This document shows, in pieces, positions 12,450-25,563 of a stretch of DNA of 64,000 bases. The DNA is from Raillietiella orientalis (lineage: Eukaryota): positions 3,906,001 to 3,970,000 of the forward strand of contig JAYWIR010000003.1 of assembly GCA_036172245.1 (NCBI GenBank), in the 5' to 3' direction. The position numbers and the translations under genes are program-made. The notes beneath the pieces are model-generated. The model searched no databases, was not told where the DNA came from, and was given only the letters and a program-made list of their open reading frames with translations. Positions within the stretch are counted from its first letter, which is position 1. Each line of letters starts with the position of its first letter.

Positions 12450-13330
12450 GTAGAATTTTTAGCCCATCTCAAGCAGACTCCCCCAAGGGTGTGTCGCAGG
12501 CAAATTAAACTGAAGGGCTCAAGACTTTGCAAAGTTAACCTGCGCGCCTCTTGCTTGAAGTGGGATGAGGATGCTGCATGGATGGAAACTTGGGAGCCGC
12601 ACCTCGCTTTGGCGTTCGAAGAACGCGAGCAAGAGATTCCGCTTCCGCATCTGGAAGCAGACGCGTCGTGGAAGATTCCCCCAGCGAACATCCGGAGGGA
12701 ACTAACTATTCGTCCTATACACATGTTGGTACTTCCGTACGAAGACATTTGCAATGTAATCTGCGAATGGACTTGCGATTCAAACACACAGACTCGGAGC
12801 TGAATTTCGTGTACCACGAACGAGCCGAGAAGGGTATTTTAAAGAAGGAACGTATCCGCACCTGGATTGCGTCATTTTGCTTCACGAGATCAAAAAAAAA
12901 AAAGCGGATGGAATGGCAGCCATGCTGCTGCTCCCACTACCTTTTGAAATTTCGCAACTCTGTAAGTGATTGCATTTTAGAGTACAAGTACTTTAGAGTG
13001 TTAGGGAGTGTGCTTCATTGAGCTGAGAAGTCGTTACAGAGAGAGCAGGGAGGCTGCCACGCTTGAGCACGTTGGCGGATAAGTCCCTCGTGGAGGGTTC
13101 GAGCGGTGATTAAGGCCAAAGTTCGGATTTTTCCATGGATTCAATGAAGGCAGCTGCAAATGGTACATGAATCCGAATCTCACGGCTATCCCAGCTGCAC
13201 GCAGGAACACCTACAGAAGGGACCGCTTCAGAACTTTTCGTTACCCGGGACAACTGATTTGATTTCTTTGGGTGACAATGATAATGGCTGCATAAATGAA
13301 AGTGGCGCCTGAAAGAAGGTGCGAGCAGGC
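12450..13330 (+). mobile_element. BEL/Pao LTR retrotransposon remnant (RNase H/A17 region + integrase)
   Basis: LKWDED (12555-12572), an IHM..S and NFVY..RA pattern of the Pao WDE..LH.F.DAS..FV..K.R region, then RW.I..RVRAVIK, QM and DFFG (13261-13272) typical of the Pao integrase start. Many frameshifts. Confidence 0.5.
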
Positions 13331-13939
13331 CTCAAGAGATACACTCTCGAACGCGGATGCGTGATTCCCAGAGAAGCTGATATTTCCTAAAGTAGCCAAA
13401 AAAAAAAAAAAAAAACTTATGGTCTAAGAATGTAAGAAGTGATCCGTTGTTACCTCATTAAAGAGCGTTCTTCAGAACCCAAAGAAGAGAACCCCAAGCA
13501 AAAGAGGAAAACTGCTGCTTACAAATCCAAGCAGCAAGGCAGGTGATCAGATGCAAGCAGGCAATTCAACACGCATTTATTGCCGTAAACGTTAAGATCC
13601 GATCAGCATGCAAGGAAGAATCCTCCAGCTGCTGAAGCACACGAGATGCACCGCCACTTCGAGTCCAAAAAGAAAAAAGGAAGACACTCCAGTGACCGAA
13701 GAATTGAGTTGACAACAAACGGTCATGCCAGGGGAGAACGCCAAGATACAGAAAGATGCGGTAGGAATAGGGGATGCTGATTATTGCATCCCATGAGCAG
13801 GGCTTGAGGATGAAATGGCCACCGTTATCAAGGGGGATGCAGATGCACGGCAGATGAGGACGGGTGGCGGGGACGAATCACGTGACAACGCCGCTTCCTT
13901 TCGGGGAGTGCTGGTTTCCGGAAGGAAATAAAAGCAGCT

Positions 13940-15600
13940 CAATGGATCTTAATTTACAAGTATGGGCATTCAGTGAGAGAACAACCCTGGAAGGACAGAA
14001 GAAATGAAGATAAATATTGCAGATGACGCCTTCTCCCTTCAAGAAGATCTGCTCCCGTCCTCCGAAGGAAAGTTTCTGGGACCGACCAGACGATGGCTCG
14101 TATCTGCTCAGTTGAAATCAGGAAGGTGCCTTCTGTTTGGTAGAGGGTGGTGTACAGACATCTGCGTCTACTACCTACGTGAGCGCACGGTCCCGACGAG
14201 GACAGAGCAAAAGTTCAAGCAACCAAGAATGCCAATCACTTGGTCGATACCTGAGGGATCGTAGAGAGAGCTTTTGGCAGGAAAACATTCTGCAGTTTCG
14301 GATGCCATGGAGCTTCGTCTTCAGTAGAACTGCTTCGGGGAAGAAAGCGGCCTGGAGATGACTCTTTTTTGGGTGCGTCTTAAGCAAACCTGATCACTTG
14401 AGGATCCTCTTTACTTATTAGCTCTGAACGGGGTGACACGACCGTGGATCCTCAATTTGAGCGGTAACGAGCTGAGAAGCTTCAGAGGTCACAGCAGAAA
14501 AGTGGCCTGCTGCAAACCCCCAATAAGTAACTGCCAAAAAGTAGCTGCTCGCAATGCTATTCAACTGATAGAGGTAGATAGATGGTAGATAGATAGAGGA
14601 TAGAGGTAGTTAGTGTAGGCTGCGTTGCATCATGGCAATCGCGTATTGAATTAACCGGGAAATGATGATGATGAGGGGGAATGACCACCATGGGTTCAAA
14701 CGAAAATCAGATCAGGAGCAGGAATCCGACACACGCAGACGCGAGTCGGGGACCTTTGTGAGAAAGAACCTTTGCGAAAGGCGACTCCCGAACGGGAATG
14801 CAGGGAAGAGAGCTGGGATACACGTGGAGACATCGTGTCCATTCCTGGAAGAAGCATTTGGACGAAGCGAAGATTGCGAAGAGTGGAAATCTCATTGTGC
14901 ATCAGCCGAAAAGACCAACAACGGAAAAAGAAAAAAGGAAGATGCAAATTACGGATAGAAGGTTTCTATATTTAAAAGATTAATAAGCAGAGCTAACATC
15001 CCATGAAAGACTTACAAGAATGAAACACCTAAATAGAAATAATAGCTTTTCCTCGTGAATAAAGTGTTGGATTCCCCGCCAGAAAGACCGTTTAGAACGT
15101 GGCATCCGGCAATTATTCCAAGAAATGAGCCATCAGAATGCGAAATACAGGAAGGACCTCAACTTCAAGCACTCGTGGACTATTTATAGAAAGAGGAAAC
15201 TTCACGTTTTGGAAGCAACGTCATGGATCCATACGTTCAAAGGGATGGACAGGGAGGAGGTGAGGGGTGACCCCTCGCTGGAGGCTGCAGGCACACTCGG
15301 TGGACATTTGTCCTGGAGTTGGATCAGGAATGAAACGATTGAAGAGGTGCGTCTGAAATGAAATCTGAGTGCTGTTTCCAATATCCTCCTTGGCCTCTTC
15401 TTGAGATTGCTTCCCAGTGGCACCGACGGGACAGATATCCCGAGAATGGATGTTCCGAATGGGAAAAAGAGATACATCGAGTGGGTTCAGAGGACATCTG
15501 AGACGGCAAAGATACTTTGTTCGCAAGCAGCCCTGGAAACTCAAATTGCTTTACTTGGCTTGCAAGTCGTACTGAGAGTCCACCAATTCTTCCGTCACTG
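13940..15600 (+). pseudogene. Degraded LINE ORF2 (APE + RT)
   Basis: ADDAFSLQE, GRCLLF..ICVY, GFPARKT and EVR...LS..NILL remnants in the expected order. Confidence 0.4.
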
Positions 15601-16009
15601 TGGAGTGGTTTTTTCTTTCTTTTTGCACTCAGAGTGACGGCATCTCGCGTGCTTCAGCAGCTGGAGGATTCTTCCTTGCATGCTGATCGGATCTTAAAAA
15701 TAACAATTACAAAGTGCTTGGATTTCTTAGATCTTTAGAGCCAGCAGACACGGCCACTTTGAAAGACGGCAATGAATGCTGAAAATGCCGATTTTTGGTT
15801 CCAGATGCAATTTGCTGATCAACGGGCTGGTGATTTTTTTTTCCATAAATGATCACATATTTCCGTTAACGAATGGTGGCAACTCCAGTGGATGAAAGTA
15901 CGAATTATGAAAGCACGTTGTTTTTCATACCGCCATTTTCTCATTTACAGAACCTAATCTCACTTCTGCATACTCTGGAAAAGGAAAGTTGTCCCCCCAT
16001 CAGTAGTTT

Positions 16010-16010
<1 letters not shown>

Positions 16011-16034
<24 letters not shown>
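16011..16034. repeat. (GT)12 microsatellite
   Basis: Directly visible. Confidence 0.95.
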
Positions 16035-16041
<7 letters not shown>

Positions 16042-18434
16042 ATGAGATGGTACGAGAGCCCCCCCAAAAACGCAGCCATTCCTCGTACCTCGATGGTGGT
16101 CATATAGTGAATCCAACCGCAACTCGCAGCTCGTTCGACCACCTGACATTCCAAAAATTCCAAGGCAATCAATGCAGATGAAGAGCGGCAATCTCAGCAC
16201 GATCTATTGTGCACGCATCAAGTGAGGAGATACGAACTAGAAAGTGAAAATTCCGAGTGCAGATCTGTTTTTGCTGCTGCCCTTTCTTCTTCGGAAACAC
16301 GATCGAAAGGAGTGGAAGAATAAATAAGTAATGATAAGCAATTTTACGAATAGGGAAAATGCGCATATGCGTTGTTCAAGCAAGCAAGAATGCCGAATGC
16401 GACATATTGGATCCGCCATTTAATTAACACTAATGATTGCCAAGTCCACATTGCCCCTATCACATTCGATACCTCTACTGCACTGCTGTTGCCGGATCGG
16501 GCGATTATTTTTTTATTACTTTAGGAGCATTTCCATTAACATTACGTATATACGATATGTTTCATCAAGAAGATTTCCCTGAGGCGAGAGCTCAGGGAAA
16601 TAAATACGCAATAATTCTTAAAACGTAAATTCTTGTTCCATCCTTAGACTCTTTCTGTATTAAACAATATTACACAGTTAGTATTCTATACATCTGATTA
16701 AAACATATAGATATAGACATATTTGCTATACTGGATTCCTTAATTAAATGTTATATCAATTATAATAATAGAATTAGTAATTAGAATAATTGGAATTTTC
16801 ACATAGTAATGTGTAAAATCAATTTATTCAACGTATTCTCATTATGTGATGGAATTAAATACCCCTATAATCTCATACATCTGAACAATGTCAAAAATTA
16901 AAATATGGAGTGCTATAAAATAGAGCTGCATTCAAAACGACTCTCCTAGCCAACAACTGCATTTGATGGATTCCAACATTGTATGTTACCATCGTCTTCT
17001 AAAGAGGAGCATAAAAATGTCAAACAAAATGATCGCTCGAGGTGTGCGCTCACAGAAACTCTATTTTTCCGAATGACAAAGGGGGGCTTGTAAAGTAATG
17101 ACTTGTTTTTTTTTTGGCAGACGAAATCCTCAGAGTCTTCCACCTTTTCACACCTGTCTCTGCTTCCACCGATTGTGCACGCGTTTCGCTGGAGAGCGAG
17201 GACCGCATGATGTGGAAATCCCTGCGATTTCCAGATGGATCCTCCAAGAATCCAGGCCTTTCCCTGCTTCTGCAGCTGGATCCAGCATTTGTGACTAGCC
17301 GCTGAAGAGTCCAGCACAGCTCGTTTGGGAGTTTTGGGAGTTGCTACGATCGCCTTAGAAGATTCGATGCAGCCTTTTTGTTTTCGTAAGCAGTCATTCT
17401 CATGTCATTTTCTTTGTATCTTGGCAGGAATCTTGCAAAAACACATTCAAAATGGCATCGAAAATCGTGCTCATCTCCTCGATGCTCTTGGAATTTGTGA
17501 AATAGTGGCCTTGGTCGAGCTCCTGGATTCCTTTTAGAACCGCATGAATTGATTCCTGTGGAATCCGATCCATCTCTGAGTACTTTGAAAGAAAGGACTG
17601 AACGAAGGATAGGAAAAAAGGCACGAAAGAAAAGTTCTAGGTTGAGAATGAAAATAGCAGCATGCGCGCTTAGGTGTTGTGTTGCGTCTCACTCTCGTCC
17701 AGGTTTGTCTTCTGCTTCTCTTTTTCTTTTGCGCCCCCATGAGTAATTTGCATTCATTCCCAGCTCGGCGGACTGTTCCTTGTGCTGACTTCTGCAGCAA
17801 CAGGCAAGGGTTAGCTTCGATTTCATCTCTTCGACGGACCGCCCTTGCGGCTGTCTTTGGTCCTTGAGTGGACACATCCGATGATGGCACTCCACTTGAT
17901 GGGAAGCCGTTTCCATTGAGCGAGTACTTCTTCCTGTAGGTGTGCTCAGCGGAAGTCAGCCAAAGGTACTGACTGCCGGTGCACCAATGATAGGCAAAAG
18001 CAAGGCCTTGACTTGGAACTCCAGGAAACGAAATATGTAATAAGCAGATGAGTATCCTTTGCTGGCTTGACAAGTACCGAATGCTCGTTTCGTGGCGTTG
18101 CCAGTAGGCCTCGTGCTGTTTACCGCTTGAAGGCCCGGAGATGGCAAAGGAATTACGTGTTGCACTGATGACCTCCACCGGAGCCACGGGAGGATGTATT
18201 TTTTTCATGAGCTGGAAGATCTCTGATCTCCCACCGTGCAGGGAGAATCAACTTGTGGTCCAGCGCGCTCGACAGGAGGAAAAAGATCGGCACCACGGAC
18301 TTCTCCAACTGTGAAAAACAACGCTTAACTTTGGATGGTGCTTCTGGTTTAGTTTCCTCCTTGGTTCATTAGCTTATTTGCAGTGTCTCTCCAGGGTATT
18401 CCAAACTCTGACGAGGGATATAGCCCAGTTCCTC

Positions 18435-18470
18435 CATGCTATCCCAAGAGTGTACTCTTGGGATAGCATG
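18435..18470. repeat. Perfect inverted repeat, 17-bp arms with 2-nt spacer
   Basis: CATGCTATCCCAAGAGT-GT-ACTCTTGGGATAGCATG. Confidence 0.95.
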
Positions 18471-19023
18471 ATAAGCACCGCAGCCTTGCTAAGAACTGTT
18501 GCATTAGAGATTGGAACCCAAACAAACCGTCATTAAAAAGAAGCAGCTCAATATCTGCTTATCGGAGGTCAGTGCCGTATTAGCAAATTTCTGCTTCCAG
18601 GGAACCAACATTAAGATACAAAGATCAAGGTACATTCGGATACACTAAGAGTGTTTCGTCTTGTCTGGGATTGGCAATTAGTTCCTTCAAATTGTAGAAG
18701 ATATTTATAAGGACAGTTATACTTTTATTCAGTTAGAGATGTCATTCGCTCGGCCTTTGATGCTCAAGAGGGGAATCAAACAGGGATGCCCTTTGAGCTC
18801 CCTGCTATTTACTAGGGCCATAGAACCTGTTCCGCAGACATTCCAGGAGAGCTATGAAGAAGACTCCCCTCTCTCCTATGCAGATGGTCTTGCTCATCCC
18901 ACCTAAAACAGAAGATGACTTAAACAGTGGGATGACGCATCTTACTGATCTGTTGAGGAGATCTGGACTTGCCATCAACCCGTCCAAGTGTGTACGCTAA
19001 GAGTGTTTTGTCTTGTCTGGGAT
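18471..19023 (+). pseudogene. Non-LTR reverse transcriptase fragment (R2/R4/NeSL-like motifs)
   Basis: TAALLRTV..KKKQLNIC, FLQIVEDIYKDSYT, RGIKQGCPLSSLLF.RAIEP (18769-18830), YADG (18877-18888) and GLAINPSKC (18965-18991). Confidence 0.8.
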
Positions 19024-19699
19024 GTATGTTTAATTAAAGGTAGCCGGTTTGAGTCTTTCCAGGACGGAAGAAGAAAACAGACAAAAGGCTTCAGATATTT
19101 CGGAAGCTGGTCCATCCGTTTAGGTAAAGCGCGTAGATGATTGTTTTTTTTTTTCTTCTATTCCCACAGCGACGATCTCTTCCACCCTCTTCTTGCAAGG
19201 AGCCTGTGGTTTGGTGCAAGCAAATACGAACATTTTCGTGCAGAGCACTCTCTAGCGGAGAGATTTGTACTCATTCGGCCCGGCGGAACTTCAGCTTAGG
19301 TAAAAAATCGCACGCCAGACGGAGCGCCGGACTCTGATGGGAGACCTTTTTCCTACCCCGTTGAGCGCGCACTTCTGACCGGGTTCTTCGCCCCCGAGGG
19401 AATGCCAACGACACATCATCAGTACTAGATCAACGTATCCATAAAATGTCCTCCGGCATAATGCCGAATCTAAGAAAATCTATTTTTATGCAAGTAGAAC
19501 AAGGGGTTCCTGTTCACGATTGCTGCATCTTTGCATTTGTCGGTCCGTCCTTGGGTCGAAAGACACGGGAATGCTGCCGTTTCAAAAGTTGGGAATGCTG
19601 TGCGAAGAAGCGGTCTTTCCCTCAGACAAATTTCCGGCAGCCCCTTCGTCTGTCGGCGGTCCCTATAAACGCGGAGCGGAGAACGAAGTTGCTCTGAGG

Positions 19700-20050
19700 A
19701 ACTTCTCCCGGTCCAGAGCTGCCCGGGTGCCTTACTCATCTGGGAACCCTGCATCTCTCTGCAAAGAAAGTGGCCCGAAAAGCTGTCCCATGGATTGACT
19801 CCTTCCCCAGAGGCTGATGGCAAGAGATGCATGGCTGGGGCTTTCCGTAAATGAAATTATGCTCCTCATCTTCTTCCATTCACAACGGTTCTTGCACACA
19901 AAAAAGAGTCGCCATGGTATCTCGGAGTTCCGGTCGCAAGCTCTTTGGTGCCACCTGCATAAGAAAAACAAAATATGGAACTCTTTGGTTATGGGATTTC
20001 CGAAGGAAGCTATTGAGAAGCTAACGATATCCATTTTTCCGAGCCTGGGA
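19700..20050 (+). pseudogene. Degraded RT fragment; bases 19725-19824 duplicated at 21225-21340
   Basis: QRF..KKS and GFPKEAIEKL (DF.KA.D.L-like) remnants. The DNA duplication is directly visible, but the RT call is weak. Confidence 0.35.
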
Positions 20051-22149
20051 TGAGATGCCAAAGAGATGCTGGGTCCAAAGAGAATCAAGCGAATAAATGG
20101 CGGAAAATGATGCTTTTCCTCGAGAAAAAAAAAAAAAAAAAAAGGCTCACTCTTCAAAAGGGACGTATTTCGAAGTTCCCAAAGATCCCGAGGCAGCCGT
20201 TTTTCGAAGGAAAAGCCACAAAGAATTGCACGAGAGGAAAGTGGACTTCAAGGTCACGTGATTTAAATGCCGTCCTTGTTCTCGAAGAGCTTGAAAAAAT
20301 TCGGCTCCGCGAACCGCGCGAAGAAAGGAAAATAGAAAGAGAAACCTTTAGAGATTTCGTAGACTTGTCCGAGACTGCAACCGACCTCATCCCGTTCGTG
20401 AAAAAACCGCGAATAGCTACGGGAATCTCCGGATCCCATCACAGTGAGTGGGAATTTTTCCCGCTCTTCCGCCGAGATTGCTTGGCTCTGCCCATCTACA
20501 CGCAGTCGCGCGTCTCCTTGGACGGTTGGGTGGTCAGTGCGAAAGGCTCGGGTGCCACATTGAAACCTTGCAAGCTGTTCCAAGCGCTGCGGTCTGGTGG
20601 TTAAAAAGAGTGCCCAGAGGTGAAGTATGACTTTGGATGAATTTGAAATCGGATTTTCTTCGTCGCATCTCTCTACCGAAGACCATAAAAACTCGGAACT
20701 TCGTGAAAGAAGTCATTTATTTCAACGTGCATTCGAATGACGACATACATTATAATAAGTAAATATATACATATCAGCAACATAATCAACAGCTTGTTCA
20801 TCTCACCCATGAAAACCACGTCAACGAATCTCGATAAGTGACATGGACAGTGACATCATTGGAGGATCCCGAAGGATCGAGCGCTTCCGGGTTGGAACGA
20901 ACACGTTGGTTACGAGTGCCCCCGCCGTCATCGCTGCTGCAGAGGCGGATGCTGCATCTCCTGTCTCTCACGCGCGCCCAGGGGCAGCCGAGGCGCGGGA
21001 AACTTGAAGAAGACGCGGCAGGGTCAGACGATTTGCCTTTTTTTTTTTTTTTGGCGTGTGATGCGAAGAACTTGAGAAAGAACATCCGTCCTCATCGGCT
21101 TAATATACGATGCGGCAGCGGGTAGGTGGCGTATCAGATAGTTGGCTGATAAGCTGTATACCAAGCTGCTTTTTGGAAGTGCACGGGGGGTGCTTGGAGC
21201 TTTCTCCTCCCCTGTCACGCGGGTTGACCCGGTGTCTTACTGAGCTGGGAACCCTGCATCGCTCTGCAAAAGAAACGTCCCAGAAAGTGGCCCGAAAAGC
21301 CGTCCCATGGACTGACTCCTGCCCCAGAGGCTGATGACAAGGGTTGACCCGGTGTCGCGGTCCCTCCAGGATCGGTCCACCGCCGCCCCCCTCCCCTCTT
21401 GACGGGAGGACCGCCGCGCAAACGCAAGGCTCAGATTCGCGTTCCGTGCTCTCCTGGAAGGATTTCATCGTTCAGGATTTTGAAACAGACCCTTTGAATG
21501 GGATCCCGGCGTGTTTTGAATGGAAGTTTTCTATTAGATAGCTCACGACTGTAGATAGCAAACGAGCGGATGCCCCGAGTGATGCCGACCTTCCGGAGTG
21601 GGGACAGAGCAAATCAAAGGTGCTGCCGACATTTTGGAAAATGTGCGTAAGAAGAATTCCGTGGATTGAACGGAGATAAATGAGAGGCCGAGGATGATTG
21701 TGGCGATTATGGAAGCTGACGCAGAATAATCTTTTTTTTTTTTTTCAAAAGGTCATATTACAGAATCTTAAGAGGGGAACGGTGTTGAGGAGCGGTGCAC
21801 TTATGGAGGATGGTGGCGGAGGGTGGCCAAAAAGGGGCTTCCGATAGAGGGCATTTTCGTCTGCTTTCCACTTCTTTCATTCTCAGAATCGCTCTGTGCT
21901 TGCTCGGTCTGATGATGGGCTTGTTATCCTTGTTATCCTGGATCCAGCTTGAAAACAACATCCATCGGTTCCGTGGACAGCAGCTAAGGTTTCTTGATTG
22001 AGAAATCGCCTTCTGACGAATTCGTCGTCGTTTTCCGCTTTTCGTGGTCCGGTGGATATCCGTAGTTGTTTCCTCCACGTTTCATCCAAAATACCTGAGA
22101 AGGAAGGAAGAAAGAAAGAAAAAAACCTCCTTAAACCGAGTCCTTTCAT

Positions 22150-22500
22150 TCGAACGAATGTCCTCAAGGAGAAAAATCGACTTCAAGGTGATCGTAATCC
22201 CCCCTGAGAGCTGGATATGTTAGCAATCAACACGAGGAAAAAGAAGGAAGAAAGACAAATCAAGTGAAACGGTGTCCCTACGGTAAGGCTTTCGACAAGA
22301 CGGAACGTCGGGATGAGCGTACATCCCCCACAAGTGATGGTGGAGTTTCGTGGGGATTCTGTCGCGAGTTCGGATGCCCTTACGAACAGGAAATGGGTAA
22401 ATACGTAAAGCGTTCCTCTCCCTAAAACTCGGGCAAACAAACCCGGCTCGAACGATACGCATGAGAACACCGAGGTCAGGAAGGAGAATCCTTCTTGCGG
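22150..22500 (+). pseudogene. Degraded non-LTR RT fragment
   Basis: YGKAFDK (~22280-22300) and EVRKENP (GVRQGDP-like, ~22472-22492). Confidence 0.35.
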
Positions 22501-22559
22501 ACGCCGTGGGCGAAACCGGGCGGAAACACAGAACACCCGTTCCCTCCAGCTTGGGGACA

Positions 22560-24290
22560 CAGCAGCACCGGGTGCCTTCTCGGATGTTCTGCTTCGCTCA
22601 AGTCCGTGGGTGTGTTTCTCTCAACATCAAAGCTGGAGCTGCACTGCAAGTGCTCAGCGCTCGTGCTGAAGGGCATCTTCCGTGCTCTCTCTTCTCCGAA
22701 GGGCGAAATTTCGATCTACTCTGATGCAGCTGAAGTCTCGAACGCCATTTTTGAGTTTGATCCGCTCAGTTGCGAGGTTTGTTCTATTCTCCATCTTTCC
22801 ACTGCCCGCTCACCTGTCAGCGCCGTTCAACTCCCAGGCTCTGGAGGTGACGAAATTTCCTCATCTCCTGAGGGAAAGGCTTTTTGCTCGCGTCGGGACG
22901 AAGCGGTATTTGCTTTGCGCATGGAATTGGGAAGACAAAACCTCGAGCATCAGCGCAACTCAACACGGAAATCCGGGACGCAGCTTGCCAATGGAACCTG
23001 CCCGCTACAGATTCCCGGACGGGATTTCGCTTTCCGATCCTCCATTTTCCCGCTCATCTTGAACGGGACCTCGCAGCAGCTCGTCTCCGGATGGAGGGTC
23101 GCAGATTCCGGGTGAACTCGCTTCGTGAGCAGGTCAACCCGAAGAAACGAAAAAAAGAAAAAGAAAAGGGTTCCTGTTTGGTCAGTCGGTGCAAGGCAGC
23201 TTCGGGCGTGCTTCCGCCCCAAACAGGGACCGGGACGCTCGTCCCTACGACTTCCCTGCTTCACCGCGCAGTCATGCCATGGTCGATTCCCCGTGGTGAT
23301 CGACGTCGATGGTCGGATTACACCTGAGTGAGCAAAAAGGCTTCCGGGACGCGAATGAATAATTCATAGCACGGGAGTGTGTCCCGGGATACAAAGGATC
23401 CGTCTCATCGAAAATTCGCTCTGTAGTGAAGTGGGGAGGGAGGGTGTTGCTTTTTGTACATCCTTGCATAAATGGGCTGTAGCGGGCAGCGGGCTCCTGC
23501 AAGAGTAAGGCAGCAAATGCGACATCAACTGAACGTTTCTTCCTTTCTTTTCTTTTCTTTTTTTTTTTAAAAAAAAAGGCAGCATTCATGACGAAGTGTG
23601 ACAAAATGGAACGAACTCCACATTGCAGCACGCACGACACGTAAAGTGGAAGGAAGGTGAGCGTTTTTGTTGCTGCTGCTATCCCCTGGTCTTATTCAAG
23701 GATTTGCCCGGTTTGACGTGAAGATGGGGGCTTGGTGAGGGAGGACCGCGTAGCGCCGGGAACTCCCTGGAAACATCTCTGCCCTCTCCATCCAGATCTG
23801 TTCCAATTGCATTTATCAGATCGCCTTTTTCTTGTTCATTTCCTCTCTTTTTTTTCCTTTTTTCCTTCTACCAAACTGATAGGGTTTCTCGATCCGGATT
23901 TTCGGAGCAGAAGCTGGAGGACCTATTTCATCTTTGTCACTTACTTCAAATAAGCTTTCCTTTTGGTTTCACGGTCAAAGTACAATGGAGCCTTCTCTGG
24001 CAATTTTTCGGAAGAAGAGCCGAAATTCCGTCCTCCATATCTGCCTATCTGTTTCCAAATTAAGGTTCCTTATCTGCTGCAGGACGGCCAGAGTGGTGAT
24101 GCTTCTAACATGGCAGTGCTTAGTTATTGCGGTAATCTTCCTTGGCGTAAAGAGGTGGTGAGTGGGTTGGCAGAAATTGCTTCCAATTCCAGACAGAGCT
24201 CTCCAATGCGCCGAGGATGGTCCAACTCATGATCTTTTTTCAAGTGCACGTTTTATAATCCTGGCAAATGATCTTCCCTCGCTGAGACAG
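22560..24290 (-). mobile_element. Scattered BEL/Pao-like remnants (RT region 22560-23100; integrase H2C2 region 23950-24290)
   Basis: Minus strand: LPNSMRKA, an indel-broken ADIEKA (~22570-22592) and KHCH..ITTLAVLQQ. The pieces are not in native order, so they are probably separate fragments. Confidence 0.3.
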
Positions 24291-25563
24291 ACTGCAAGCG
24301 ACACATCCCGAAGAATTACAATTACGAGTTTCGATGAATATAATTGCAACAAGGGGTACTCGGACACGTTCTGGAGAGGCTAAGAGATGATGATGACCTC
24401 ATTAGCGAGTTGGTCCTCGGAAAGAGAACTACGGATGCTCTTGTGCTCTGATTGATGGCGAAGAGACGATTCGAGAGGCAATCACTGTCCGAAACTGTGG
24501 TAGGCCTTCCCTGTCATTTCATGGGTTCTCCGTCGACAGGATGGATTCATAAACTTCCGCCGAATTTCATTATCTGAGAGATACGATTTGAGAATCGTGC
24601 GCGAAAGCCGCAGGAGTCCACGAGAAACAAGAAGGAAAAAGAATTCATCCCAGCTACATTTTGCAGCAGTGAAAAGCAGATAAGATACAAGAGTGGCCAT
24701 TTGCACGAAGAAAAAAAAAAGAAAGAAAGAAGAAGATCGCATGAAAAGCATTTGCCAAATGAAATAATCAGTGCATGATGATGAAATAAACGCAAACTCT
24801 CCCCATACTGCTTTTCGAAAACACTACGCGATCTGTTGTGAGCAAAGATCAGGAGAATCGTAAAAGTTGGGTAAGAAAGGTCCCCTTCCTCAGCCTCCGA
24901 GGTCCTACCGCGGCAACTTACCTGAAAATGAATTCCGTGTGTCAGCTAGAATAGAAAAAGCAGTCTCCGATGGAAAGTCTTCCGTATTTATCTTCTATCT
25001 GATTAGAAGTGCCCTTTCTTTTTTGTTTTTCAACTACCAGCCTGTAGCTTTCGTGTCTTTGATTCTTCTTACTTGTTGCCGTGGAATGAAAGTTCTTTTG
25101 GAACCCAAAGCCATTCGCACATTATACAAGACATGATGATCGAAAGGGAAAACACACACAAAAAAATCACATGAGGTGCACTTTCACATAAGGCGTCAAG
25201 GAGTGGCAACCTCGGAGATAGGGAGGGATTCTTCCTTTTCTTTTCTTTTCCTTTTTTTTGTGGCTATGCTTCACAAAATCATTCAAATTTAAATAGTCGA
25301 GTTTAGATCGTACAATGAAGCAAATGCTTTCATATTTCATAATCAAAGGGTGGAGTGTTTATCATGACCTAAAGGGATTCGGTTTCGAACAAAGACATTT
25401 GGTAGAACATTTGGCAACCCTCTTCTCAGAAAATGCGAACTCGTGAGAATAGAAAACGAAAGTCCATTGCTCATCGTTTCTGGACTGTTCTTGGCATGCG
25501 GGAAGCTAACTAGGGATCTTGTACTCAGCATGAAGTATATTATTCATCAGAAAACTAAATGTC

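Noticed and set aside
16620..16930. Second AT-rich island as a foldback element
   Set aside because: No convincing inverted arms found by eye.
21221..21360. Possible hammerhead ribozyme (CTGATGA and GAAACGTC nearby)
   Set aside because: The core motifs are in the wrong arrangement, and no stem II links CUGAUGA to GAAA. Candidates at ~14290-14335 (minus) and ~61640-61670 (minus) also lack a closing stem II pair.
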